Shown piece after piece: positions 31,911 through 44,175 of a DNA stretch of 64,000 nt. The stretch comes from Selaginella moellendorffii (Eukaryota > Plantae > Lycopodiophyta). The position numbers were made by a program, and so were the translations under genes. How positions within the stretch are numbered: position 1 is the first letter of the stretch; every line of letters begins with the position of its first letter. Where the stretch lies: NCBI RefSeq assembly GCF_000143415.4, contig NW_003314274.1:716104-780103 (forward strand), read 5' to 3'. Below the pieces are notes generated by a model. That model made no database searches. It was not told the origin of the DNA and saw only the letters and a program-made list of their open reading frames with translations.

Positions 31911-34074
31911 TTATGTTTCCGTCTTATTCCACTTTTCTCTTTTCAGAGCCTTCCGATGATCCTTATGTTGCAGCGGTTGATCGGCTCATGAAGGAGTATG
32001 CTGATCTATTGAATTTGACCTATCATCTAGGGCCAAGATTGCCACACGTCATCTGATTCCAACTGGGGATGCTTGTCCAATCAAGGTTTTTGTTTGTCAA
32101 AGAGATCAAGATTTTACATACAAATGTCAAAGAAATGTTGGAAAAGGGTGTTTTTTGAAAGTCATGAAGTCCTTGGGCATGTAAACCTCATCTTGTGATG
32201 AAGCTTGATGGGAGTATTCATTTCTACATTGACTATCATTCGTTAAACAAAATGATGATCCTGAATGTGTATCCTCTTCCTCACACTATTGATCTCTTAG
32301 ATTGTCTGGGGAGAAGTTGTTAGTTCACCAAGTTAGATCTTCCTTTTAGGTATTGGCAAGTACCAATGGCCAAAGAAGATATTTATAAAACTACTTTTTG
32401 TACACTGTTTAGTTTTTACAAGTTCTTGGTGATGCCGTTTGGTTTGAACAATGCTCCAATAACTTTCTAGTGGATGATAGACAAGATTCTTTGTGATATA
32501 TTAGAGGTGATTGTTAACATCATTGATGATGTCTTGATCCACTCGGAGGGATGTAGGAGGAACACGTCTATGATGTTTGTAAAGTGTTGGATCAACTACA
32601 GGATGTTAGTTTAAAACTAAAGCAATCGAAGTGCATTTTTGGGTCCAAAGACATGACTTATCTTGGGTACTGTATTTCTCGTGAGGATTTGCAAGTTGAT
32701 CCTAATAAACTTGTGGCTATTTTATGTGAATGATGTGCAATGCTTTTTGGGCAAAGTGCAGTATTTCGGTTTTTTTTGTGGATCATCTTTCTGATCGCAT
32801 TGCACTATTGCAAGCATTGTTGAAGTCATCAACATCATTTTTCATCTAGTCTCTGAATTGTGTGGCTGTAAGCCACAATTTTTTTCCTTTCGAATTTGCC
32901 AGCTTACTTTATTTATCCGACCAACACCGCCTTGGCCTTTGCTAAGTTCCCTTGCCAACGTTCCTACCTATTGTACTAGCTCCTACTTGGTCCTACTTGG
33001 TTTCAGCTACTCACTGCACAAGCAATGAAGCATTAGCCATCCATCCACGGATTCCCAAATCTCTCTCAATCCCCCTCTTTGGGTTAGACTAGACTTAAAG
33101 TTTGGCTACACTCCCTACGGGCACAAGCAGCTAAGCACACCAAGCCTCAAAGTTCCTAACATCTCTTGGTACAACAAGGCTTGATCATGGGACCCTCTAA
33201 ATCCCAAGCCTTGGGTTCAACATTTGCTTCGGGATGCCAAGGGGAAACATCGTGGAATAACGGCCCGGTATGGGTACCTCTACCCCCCCACTTCCATCCC
33301 AAAGAGAAGGCCCAAGCCCCTAGGAAGGGTGAGGACCAATCCGCAAGGTACTCAAGTGGGGCACCACTCCACATGAGTCGGGAGCACTGCAGTCAGTTTC
33401 CCTTCCGGGAGTGGGAGCTGCTCTTGAGCACTTCCTTGGGTGGCCCCTCTAGCACCACCCAAGTCCATGCTCACTCCCACCCAAGGTCTTTTGGCCACAA
33501 TCTCAACCTTAAGTTAGTTTAGAAGCACCACTAAAGAGTTCTTTCAAGATTGGTTCCTAGACCTCACTATCCCTACTATACTTTTAGAACCCCTAGCAGC
33601 CCACCCCCCCCTGGGAGACACACACTTTGGGCTTTCACCCCTCGACCTATATTAATACTTAGACTTAGACTCGATCTCGGACTCAATCTCGGACCCAACT
33701 TCAGACTCGAGCTCAGACTCGACCTCGGACCTGATCTCAAACTCGACCTCGGACTCAACCTCGGACTTGGTCTCAGACCCAATCTCAGATCTCGGACTCC
33801 GTCTCTAACTCGGTCTTGAACTCGGTCTCAAAGTCGGTCTTGGACTCGATCCCAGACTCTATCTCGAACTCGGTCTCAGAGTTGGTTTTGGACTCAATCT
33901 CAGACTCGGTCCCATCCGATGAACTCTTTATTATTTCAGTCGTGTTTTCGGGGATCCTTTTAGTCTATGACATCTCAGGGATTTGGTTCCTTATAACTCC
34001 ACCACCCACAAAAGAAGTTCGATGCCCACATCGAACGTCTTTTTTTAATTCTACGACTTGTTGGCCATGTCTTT

Positions 34075-34312
34075 GGGGGCATCCCCCCACTTAACAGTGT
34101 GCCTAAGTTAGCCTCCCTAGCCAAGAGCCCATGACAACGGAATATAGGTGTCCTTATACCCTAACTTCACCCCGCCCTAGTATGGGGTTGGGACTTGAAC
34201 CTAGCCTTGCTTTACTAGGGGGTTGGGACTCAAACCCAACCTCCGTAAAATACATTTATGGATTCGGCATCCCCGCGGGGAGTCGAGTGTAGTTCTCTAC
34301 GCTTGGTCGACT
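34075..34312 (-). ncRNA. Putative structured cis-RNA module in element B 3' UTR (GACA hairpin, twin T-loop-like hairpins)
   Basis: Homologous to 45630-46035 in element C, with stems retained through base changes (see findings). Confidence 0.55.
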
Positions 34313-36057
34313 TAGCTAACCCATGCTAATTAGCTTACCTTTAGTGTGCCTCCGGGTCCTAACATATGCCATTACTCAATTTCACCAAATGATACTTTAT
34401 TTGAACTTTGCATAAGTACATAGAGTTTTGCCTTGCAGAAATTCCTTTACTAGATCTCGTGCATTCGTTATGTTCTCTTTCAGTTCCTATGTTGCTTCGC
34501 AGTGTAGAAATCCTTTCCACTTCATATGAAATTCCATCACTTGGCGTCTTTGTCACTTGCTCTTGCACGCATTAAGGATGGCCTCGACTTCGTATTCCTC
34601 TTCCCCTTGGATCACCTTAGGTAAAGTCTTACTTGGTCTTTGTGGAATGGATCCTCAAAGTATGGCTTGAGTAAGTTCATATGGAACACATGGTGCATCT
34701 TCCCCATCTCATAAGTCAAAGGTGGTAACCTACTGGTGAAAATCTTATCTCGATCTGAAATAATTTCTTTTGGCTTTCCCCGCACTTGAACTACTTGTTC
34801 GAAGAACAACTTTGCCACACCTTTTGCATCCACTTCTATTGTGGTGGGTATAAAATGTGCCATTTTTGAAAATCGGTCCACCACCACGAATATTGCATCA
34901 AACCCCTCACTTGGGGGGAGTCTTTTGATGAAGTCCATCATAAGACATTTCCACAAATGATCTGGAATTGGGATGTTTTGTAATAAGCCCCTACTAGCCT
35001 TAATCATGGATTTGACCTACTGATATGTTAGACATGTCTTTACATAGTCTTGGACGTATTTAGCCATATCTGGCCAGTGATACTTCCTCTTGAGTAAGCC
35101 CATCGTTTTGGGCACTCTGCTATGTCCCGCAAAAGGTCTGTCATGACACTTTTTTAAAGCTACCTTCCTTAGTTCCCGTTTTGGAACATACACTCTTGTT
35201 TGTTTATAATAGATGAGTCCATTGCATTTTGTATAACCTGTTTTCTCTTCCGTTGGCAACTCACCTCTCTAGTGAGCTTCTTGCACCTTTTGGTTCCTCA
35301 GCAACACTTCTTGTGCTAGACCATTACGTTGTCCGCACATCATCCCAAAAGGTTATTGTCGTGCTAAATATCGCCAACTTCAAGCTTGATTTTCGACTTA
35401 GAGCATTTGCCATGATGTTGCTCTTCCCAGGTTTATACAAAATCTCGCAATCAAACTCAGCCAAAGAATTGGCCCACCGACCTTATTTCGCTCTTAGTTC
35501 GGGTTGTGACAAGAAGTGTTTCATTGCCACATTATCCGTGTAAACTTTGAAATGCCTCGCAACTCCTTGAGCGCCTTGACCACCGCAAATAATTCCTTCT
35601 CGTGGACAGGCCACTTTCGCTGAGCCTTGTCCAACTTCTTTAAGAAGAACGCCACTGGATGGTTGTCTTGCTGCACTTAACGCAAAGTCTGAAGCATTTG
35701 TTTCTACCTCAAAGTTCTTACCAAAGTTGGGTAACACCAACACAGGGGTCTTCCTCAACTTCCCTTTGAGGTGGACAAAAGTTGCCTCACATTCTGCTGT
35801 CCATACTATCTTCCCTTTACCCGTTTGGTCTGTTAAGGGTAGGGCTACTTTTGAATAGTGTTTGATAAACTTTTGGTAGTAGTTGTATAGCCCCAAGAAT
35901 GCCCTCAACTTATGTACATTTGATGGTCGCTCCCATTTCTAAATCACTTGGACCTTCTCAAGGTCCACCTTGAGCCCGTCCTTGCCCACCACATGCCTGA
36001 GAAACTTTACCTTTTGTTGAGCAACCTCACATTTGCTCTCTTTAGAATACAGCTTGT

Positions 36058-37948
36058 TGTGAGACATAAAATCCCTAGGCCCCAAAGTAGAGCTGGAAAG
36101 GGTGCCATGTGGTAGTGGCCGAAGCAAAAGCCAAACAAGCGTAACACATTTGGACTAAAAGCTCCGACTTGGAAGGTCGAGAGCAGGAGTGGAACTCCCA
36201 ACAAAGTGCTCAAGGAGCGAGCACGAGGCAACTAATAAGCAAGGCCCTAAAAAGGGACCCAAAAAGGACCAACACATGACACATGGGAGAGTCCGAGATG
36301 GACCGAGATGGAGTCCGAGATGGACCCGAGATGGAGTCCGAGATGGACCCGAGGTGGAGTCCGAGATGGACCCGAGGTGGAGTCCGAGATGGACCCGAGA
36401 TGGAGTCCGAGATGGACCGCGATGGAGTCCGAGATGGACCCGAGATGGAGTCCGAGATGGACTCGAGATGGAGTCCGAGATGGACCGAGATGGAGTCCGA
36501 GATGGACCCGAGATGGAGTCCGAGATGGAGTCCGAGATGGAGTCCGAGATGGAGTCCGAGATGGACCCGAGATGGAGTCCGAGATGGACCGACATGGAGT
36601 CCGAGATGGACCCGAGATGGAGTTCGAGGTGGAGTCTGAGATGGAGTCTGAGATGGAGTCTGAGATGGACTCGAGATGGAGTCCGAGATGGACCCGAGAT
36701 GGAGTCCGAGATGGACCGAGATAGAGTCCGAGATGGACCAAGATGGAGTCTGAGATGGACCCGAGATGGAGTCCGAGATGGACCCGAGATGGAGTCCGAG
36801 ATGGACTCGAGGTGGAGTCCAAGATGGACCCAAGATGGAGTCCAAAGTCAAGATCGAGACCGAGACCGAGACCGAGACTGGGACTGAGACCGAGGCCGAG
36901 GCCGAGACCAAGCCCAAGTCCAAGTCCAAGTCCGAGTCCGAGTCCGAGTCCGAGTCCGAATCTGAGTCCGAGTTCGAGTTCGAGTCTGAGAGGGTGAAAG
37001 CCCAAAGCGTTCATCTCCCAGACCCTAGGGGGTTTGGTGAGCTCCAAAAGTATAGTAAGGGGGAGGACTGCAGTGGAGCCAGTTTGGCCAAGAAAGGCCA
37101 GTTTGGCCCAGGAAGGCCAGACCCAGTGTTGGGTGATGAACTGACCACTGGGAAGTCCAAGACTAGAGTGAATACGGACTGACAAGCGGGGTAGCTTGGT
37201 GAAGTATTCAAGAGCCAACTCTAGTTCCCTCGGGAGATCGACTGGTCGATGCTCCCAGTCCTAGCACTACCTACTTGGATACCAGGTGTGGCTCAATGGA
37301 ACCTCACTCTAAGCCCATGGCTAGAGCACCTAAAGGCGGAAGGTGGGGAGAGTACCCACGGGGCTCGCGTAGGCGCACGGTATTCCAAAATGTTGTCCCG
37401 GAGTCCCAAATGGGGGAAAGGAGGAGGAGCGGTCCTCTAGTGTGGTGACTAAGGATATAGTCACATGGTGAGGAAGTCCCAGAGGACCATGGGACTTAGT
37501 GGTCGGGCCTGTGGGCCTTGATCTAGTGGCAGTGTCGGCGAACATGGCCATGGACAGAAAAGGGACTTGGTAGGAACTGATAAAGGGATATTGGGGAAGG
37601 CTATTCCCCATGTCTGTAAGCATCCTAAGAATGCTAAGGAGTGGATCTGGGTTGACCATTCGTGGACGGATGGCCCAGTCTTGGAGAGACGGGATTGTGA
37701 TGCAAGTGGTATTGGACCACTAGTGCGGCAAAGGTGAATGGGCATGGCCTTAGCGTAACAGGCCGATATGTCAGTGGTACCTTTGGGTGTCGGTCTTGGG
37801 ATTGGACACGTGGAGCACTTGGACCAAGTGCAAGGGATGACTGGCATGGATGCCATCCTCGGGGCTAGTCCTGAATTAGACTTAAGGAGGTTGTGAATGA
37901 GACTCCTCCAAGTGGTCAAAGGTGTGGTTAAGTGACTAAAGTAGAATG
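36058..37948 (+). mobile_element. Solo LTR of family C, inverted relative to other C copies, inserted in B's RT
   Basis: Reverse complement of LTR 42507-44409. Starts TGTGAGACA; the last ~19 bp and right TSD are deleted. Host RT reads ...FEKLKE|NKLYSKESKC across it. Confidence 0.88.
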
Positions 37949-39854
37949 TTCCTTTAGTTTCTCAAACACCTTAGTCAAATGTTCGATATGCTCTTCTAGC
38001 ATCTTGCTAGAGATCAAGATGTTGTCAATATAAACAACCACAAAGTGATTTAGATAGGGTACAAAGATGTGGTTCATCAATGCCAAAAACGTTGCCGGTG
38101 CATTGCAAAGGGCATCATCAGAAACTTAAAGCTCCCATACCTTGTCCGACAAGTTGTCTTCTCGACATCTTCCTTTGTTACCTTGATCTGGTAGTATCCT
38201 GACCTTAGGTCAATCCTCGAGAAGTATTTTGCCTTTCCCAACCTATCGAATAGGTCCTCAATCCTTGGCAAAGGGTACTTGTTCTTCTTTGTATACTTCT
38301 TGAGCAACCGGTAGCCTATGCACATGCACATAGATTCATCTTTCTTTTTCATAAATAACACCGGTGCCCCATACGGTGACTTGCTCAACTTAACATACCC
38401 TTTGTCTATTAACTCTTTTAGTTGGCACTTGAGCTCCTCGAGTTCTTTTTGTTCAAACAATAGAGTGGGAAAACCACCACTTTAGCACCCTCGACTAGCT
38501 TAATCTTATGTTCTATCGGTCGTGTGGGGGCAACCCCGCCGGTAGCTCCTCCAGCATGGTATCTTGGAATTGGTCCAACACCCGTTGGATCACTAAAGGT
38601 ACTTCTTCCGTTCCCATCTTTTTGTTACTCTTCGCCGAGAGTAAGCATAAAAATGCTGCCTTAGTTCCTTTAGTGAGTTGTCCTTTTGTGGACACTAGGT
38701 TTAAGTAGGAGTTTTTGGCCTTACATTGTCCTACCTTTAGATATTGGGCCTTCACCCTAGATCATTCTCCCCGGGCATTCGCTAATACCACAAGGTTCCT
38801 ACCTTGTCCATGCAGGGTTATTACAAATCGATTGAACCAATCCATCCTGAAGATTACGTCAAATCCTACTATGTCCAATATGGTGAAATCCATGTCTACT
38901 TTCCATGTCCTTACTTCGACTCCCGTTTGTCGAAGTACCTCATCGTTGCTTTGGCTACCTTGAACAAACTCTATAGTCCTTGGTTCACCTAGCCACTGCA
39001 CCATTAGTCTAGCTTGCCGGACTATGTCTACAGCCACAAAATTATCCGAAGCACCCATGTCAATAAGGATTTTAACAATGCTACCTCCGAGATTCCCTTG
39101 AAGGGCTAGTAGATGTCGCGAACGACTCTCTACCAAAGTTGCTTGTATAATGAGTAACTTTGAGCTAGGGACTGAATCACTTACCTTAGTTTGGATTTTA
39201 CTCAACTTAATAGCTATATTAAGTTTGGCCTTCTTTGGGTAGGGACATTCCCTCAAAAAGTGTCTCACTTCACCACAATTGTAGCATACATTGTTCCCCA
39301 CGTTGTTAGTAGATTTGACGTTCTTATCTGTGAGTTTGTCTCTTTTTGCTTGACTCCCCCATGTACTTACTTGCTGGCCACCGGATCTGCCTTTCCAGAA
39401 CCCCAAGGACTCATTTTTAGAGAAACTCTTCTTGAATTTCCCTTTGCCATATGTTCCCCTTAATTTGGCCCCTTTGCTAAATGTGGACTTCGACCCCATT
39501 GTATTCCCTTCTCGCTGATTATCATTGAAATACACTTTGATAGCCACATCCAACGCTTCCTTGTAGTTGGTCGGGTTCCAATACATCACCTCATCGTGAG
39601 CCCAGGTTTGCAAGCCTAATACGTGACAAGTATCCTCTTTTCCATAAACCCATTCACTTTTGAATGGTTCCGATTTGCTTCAGCCTACTCAGCTCATCCT
39701 TTAGGTGTAGAGTAGCATTCGGAGGAACATAAGTCACGAGGATCCTCGCCTTCATCATTTCCCAAGTAGCCACTAGTCCTTTGTTGGCCTCTGTCATTCT
39801 CCACCAAGACTTGGCATTATCTGCTAAGTATGGTTTTGCAAATGGGACCTTCTC

Positions 39855-41596
39855 CGGGGTTTCTCCGGTTATGGAGCGCGTTTCCAGTCAACAGGGAATT
39901 GCCAAGGCGAGCGGAGGACTGGCTGAACCAGCCCCTGTTCTTCAACGACCTCTTCAAACTGGATGACAGGACGCTGGGCAGGGAGGACCACTACACAATC
40001 TGGAGAAAGCTACATAGCGCAGGCTTCCGAACTCTCAAGCAGCTGGTGCGGGTTCTGGACAAGGACAGGAGGAAGACTACGAGGCATATGCAGGTCTTTA
40101 ACCCGGGACGGTGGAGGAAAGTCCACCTTGATCTTCTTCGCATTATCAGAGCTGTGAGTGAGGCGAAGCAGGGGCAGCTCTGGCCTAGGCGTTGTCTCAA
40201 ATCTGGAGACTTTGTGGCTCTGCAACGGGACGTGGAGCCAGACAGGGAACGAGTTAGCTTGGGGGCCTGGACACGGGCGTTTACGGCCCCAACACCAGCT
40301 TGGGAGGACAGGGATGTGGAGGTATGGTTCGTTGTGTCTCCAGACCAAAATGTTGGGCGTCCTTTTCGAGTCTTGAGAGGCGACATGCTGTTGCCAGCAG
40401 GGGACGAACAGGTCATGCCGATGGTGACGGATGATGAGGTCAAGGGTAGGATTCGAGTAATACGACAGGCTCCGAAGCAGTCGGTGGTGGTTCAATCGTT
40501 GGCAGCACTAGAGGGGGAAGGCATTCTTAGATGGTGGCGACAGCAGCTCATCGAGGATCTGGATTGGGACCCCGCAGCATGGAAACGAGGAGCGAGAAGC
40601 TTCTTCTCCTTCGGCGTCAAGGAAGCAAGGGATGGTCTCTTGACCGGCAGGGAGGAGGCCCGAGGGGAGATCCCCAAGCTCTGGAAGAAATGGATCGAGC
40701 AAGGAGTTGAAGCTAATCAGGTGGTGGGCAACACGCTTGCGTTCTGGAAACTACCGGTACAGGAGAAAGTCAAGGCCACCTCTTGGTTGGTGGCAAATAA
40801 CGGGCTGCCGGTAGGACAGCGGTTCCAGGAAGAAGCATGCCGACGGTGCAAGGAGTGTGGCGAGCTGGAGACAACGCGACATGTCCTATGGGAATGTGAC
40901 GTGGCGAGAGAAGTTTGGCGACAGATCTTCAAGGCGACGCAGGAACTCGGCGACATTCCAGAGTTTGAGGCTCGGAGTGGGGATATCCTCCACTGGTTTG
41001 AGGGAGCTAGAGGCCCAGCCATTGGTCCAGCTTGGAGGCGTATTCGCTGCTACGGACGGCACCGATGGAACATGCGAGTCCGGTGGGACGTGACAGGGGC
41101 TGAAGTTGGGATGTCCATCTGGGAGGCGTTGGGCCATGAGCGCTGGTCCATTTGGAGGGCAACAGGACTGCAGGCACTTTGGGAGGCACGGAACCACTGT
41201 CGCTTTGATGGGCAGCAAGCGAGAATATCGGCAGTGGTGGTATCATGGTGGAGACTCACTCTTGCAGCGGTGCGTCTTCACTACACCATCCTGAAAGAGC
41301 AGGCGAAACCGAGGCAGCTCGAGGAGTGGAGATCTAGGTGGCTCCCATGCTTCGGCAAATTGGGAGGTGGCGAGATTCGCTGGCAGTGGCGCCCCCCAGA
41401 CTCTGTTCTAAGATCAGCTCGTGGGGGAGACTTGGACATCGACATGATTCGCTCGAGACGACCACGTCCACTTCTACTCCAGGACTAGGTCTAGCTGCGG
41501 CATATGAGGATCACGTAGAGTAGCTCATTGAGAGGGCGGCACGCCAATTTTTTGTATTAGTCCCATTGGGACATGGGGAATGTACATACACGTTCA
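39855..41596 (+). mobile_element. 5'-truncated non-LTR retrotransposon (L1/Tx1-like ORF2 C-terminus with zf-RVT) inserted in B's gag
   Basis: 17-bp TSD GCAAATGGGACCTTCTC (39838-39854, 41597-41613). Open frame to 41488 with QPLFFN, KVKATSWLVANNGLPVG, CKECGELETTRHVLWECDVAREVW and LWEARN motifs. Confidence 0.9.
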
Positions 41597-43504
41597 GCAA
41601 ATGGGACCTTCTCTGAGCTAAGTAACCACAATGCTTAGAAGTAGTCTTCCATATCATAAAACCAATCCTCCACCACCTTATAGTCATTCACTCCCTTAAA
41701 GACTAGTGAGGGCTTTGGTTTGTTCTTGGGAACTGCTTGAGGGATTGATTCTACTTTGGTTTATTTGACCTTGTTTGGTTTTGGCTCAATCCTTGTCGAA
41801 GGGTCTGCACCTTCTACATTGCCAGCATTTGCAATCTTTCACATTATTTTTCGCTTCTCATCACACTTTAACAAGAGTCTCTAGTGGGGCAGACGCTGCT
41901 TGCTCTTCAAGTCAGCCATGCCTTCCAGACTGCTACTCACGACATCACGGACGCTGCACAAGTGTCACACACTCGCTGAGGCTCCCGGACTCTAAACTTC
42001 AATGGCAGCAAGCTCCGCGCACTCGAGCAGTGGCCGCAGAAGATCTGGCCACAGAACCGACAGTGGTGGCAGCCAAGGGCATTAGTCTATGCCAATTGTC
42101 CTTCTAGAACATCCAATCGAGCCTTGAATGACTGAACCTCACCACCGGACTCCTATTTGGAACTTTCCTCACTGTAGTCCTCCTCATGTAAGGATTCCTC
42201 ATCCATAGCCTCTTGTTCGATCGTAGGCTCTAGCTCCGGAGGAGGTTCTATCTTTGCCTTGGTTCATTTACGCCTTGCCTTTGTCATCTCCCAGCAATCT
42301 ACCTCTATCATTCACTAGAACTAAGGAAAAGGCTCCGATACCATAATGTAAGCCACAATTTTTTTCCTTTCCAATTTACCAGCTTACCTCGTCTATCGAA
42401 CCAACACTACCTTGGCCTTTGCTAAGTTCCCTCGCCAAGGTTCTTGCCTATTGTACCAGCTACTACTTGTCCTACTTGGTTTCAGCTACTCACTGCACAA
42501 GCAACATGTAAGCGACTAATTTTTCCATTCTACTTTAGTCACTTAACCACACCTTCGACCACTTGGAAGAGTCTCACTCACAACCTCCTTAAGTCCAATT
42601 CAGGGCTTGGGACTTACTAGCCCCGAGAATGGCATCCATGCCACTCATCCCTTGCATTTAGTCCAAGTGCTCCACGTGTCCGGTCCCAAGACCGACACCC
42701 CAAGGTACCACCGACATACTAGCCCATTACGCTAAGGCCATGCCCCTTTACCTTGGTCATACCGGTGGTCTAACACCACCTGCATCACAATCCCGTCTCT
42801 CAAGGACTGGACCATCCGTCCATGAGTGATCATTCCAGATCCACTCCTTAGCATCCTTAGGATGCCCACAAACGTGGGGAATAACCTTCCCCAATATCCC
42901 TTTTCTGGTCCCCACCAAGTCCCTTTCTGCCCACGGCCGTGTTCACCAACACTACCACTGGATCGAGGCCCATCGGCCCGACCACTAAGTCCCACGGTCC
43001 TCTGGGACTTCCTCACCACACGACTGTGTCCTTGGTCACTACCCCAGAGGACTGCTCCTCTTCCTTTCCACAGTCTGGGCCTTTGGGACAACATTTCGGA
43101 ACACCATGGCCTTACGCGAGCCACCTGGATACTCTCCCCACCTTTCGCCTTTAGGTGCTCTAGCCATGGGCTTAGAGCGAGGTTCCGTTGAGCCACGCCT
43201 GGTATCCAAGTAGGTAGTGCCACCCACACTTGGACTGGGAGCATCGGCCAGTTGATCTCCCGGGGGAACTAGAGCCGGCTCTTGAACACTTCACTAAGCT
43301 ACCCCGCTTGTCGGTCCGTATTCACTCTAGTCTTGGACTTCCTAGTGGTCAGTTCATCACCCAACACTGGGTCTGGTCTTCCTGGGCCAAACTGGCCTTT
43401 CCTGGCCAAACTGGCTCCACTGCAGTCCTCCCCCTTACTATACTTTTGGAGCTCACCAAACCCCCCAGGGTCTGGGAGACGAACGCTTTGGGCTTTCACC
43501 CTCT

Positions 43505-44175
43505 CAGACTCGAACTCGAACTCGGACTCGGACTCGGACTCGGACTCGGACTCGGACTCGGACTCGGACTCGGACTCGGACTCAGACTCGGACTCGGACT
43601 CGGACTCGGACTCGGACTCGGACTCGGACTCGGACTCGGGCTAGGGCTCGGTCTCAGCCTTGGCCTCGGTCTCGGCCTCGGTCCCGGTCTCGGTCCCAGT
43701 CTCGGTCTCGACCTCGGACTCCATCTCGGGTCCTTCTCGGACTCCATCTCGGACTCCATCTCGGTCCATCTCGGACTCCATCTCGGTCCATCTCGGACTC
43801 CATCTCGGACTCCGTCTCGGTCCATCTCGGGTCCATCTCGGACTCCGTCTCGGTCCACCTCGGACTTCATCTCGGACTCCATCTCGGGTCCATCTCGGAC
43901 TCCATCTCGGACTCCATCTCGGGTCCATCTCGGACTCCGTCTCAGTCCACCTCGGACTCCATCTCGGACTCCATCTTGGGTCCATCTCGGACTTCATCTC
44001 GGACTCCATCTCGGGTCCATCTCGGACTCCATCTCGGTCCACCTCGGACTCCATCTCGGGTCCATCTCGTACTCCAACTAGGGTCCATCTCGGACTCCAT
44101 CTCGGTCCACCTCGGACTCCATCTCGGGTCCATCTCGGACTCCAACTAGGGTCTGCCTCGGACTCCATCTCGGAC
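43505..44175. repeat. (GGACTC)n hexamer and CTCGGACTCCAT/CTCGGGTCCAT 11-12-mer arrays inside family C LTR (also 36290-36990, 49510-50130; degenerate in B LTRs 33660-33910, 51360-51620, 53015-53285)
   Basis: Directly visible tandem arrays; they generate the SD/LG/MESE/WSPR low-complexity ORFs. Confidence 0.95.

Larger units (their letters stand above)
34360..42290 (-). pseudogene. Frameshifted gag-pol of element B
   Basis: gag (~42290-41614, 39837-39250 with CYNCGEVRHFLREC), protease ILIDMGASDNF, RT ([20 protein letters not shown]), RNase H (ETNASDFAL), integrase (VVVDRFSKMAHFIP), YEVE chromodomain-like start. Many stops and frameshifts. Confidence 0.88.

Noticed and set aside
36290-36990. 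Regular repeat array superficially like a CRISPR
   Set aside because: No unique spacers, eukaryotic LTR context, no cas genes.
36155-37218. Long ORFs rich in SD, LG, MESE and WSPR repeats (also 43230-44256, 49287-50213, 52977-53291)
   Set aside because: They are translations of LTR tandem repeats that lack stop codons in several frames, not proteins.
39830-39854. ATG at 39830 as the start of a 552-aa gene
   Set aside because: This ATG lies in host gag antisense sequence just before the TSD; the ORF is a 5'-truncated LINE ORF2 fused by chance.
42675-42710. CCGGTCCCAAGACCG in family C LTR resembles twister ribozyme P4/L4
   Set aside because: Has AAGACC rather than AAGCCC, and I could not find the UAA cleavage strand, GAGGG or P1 pairing.
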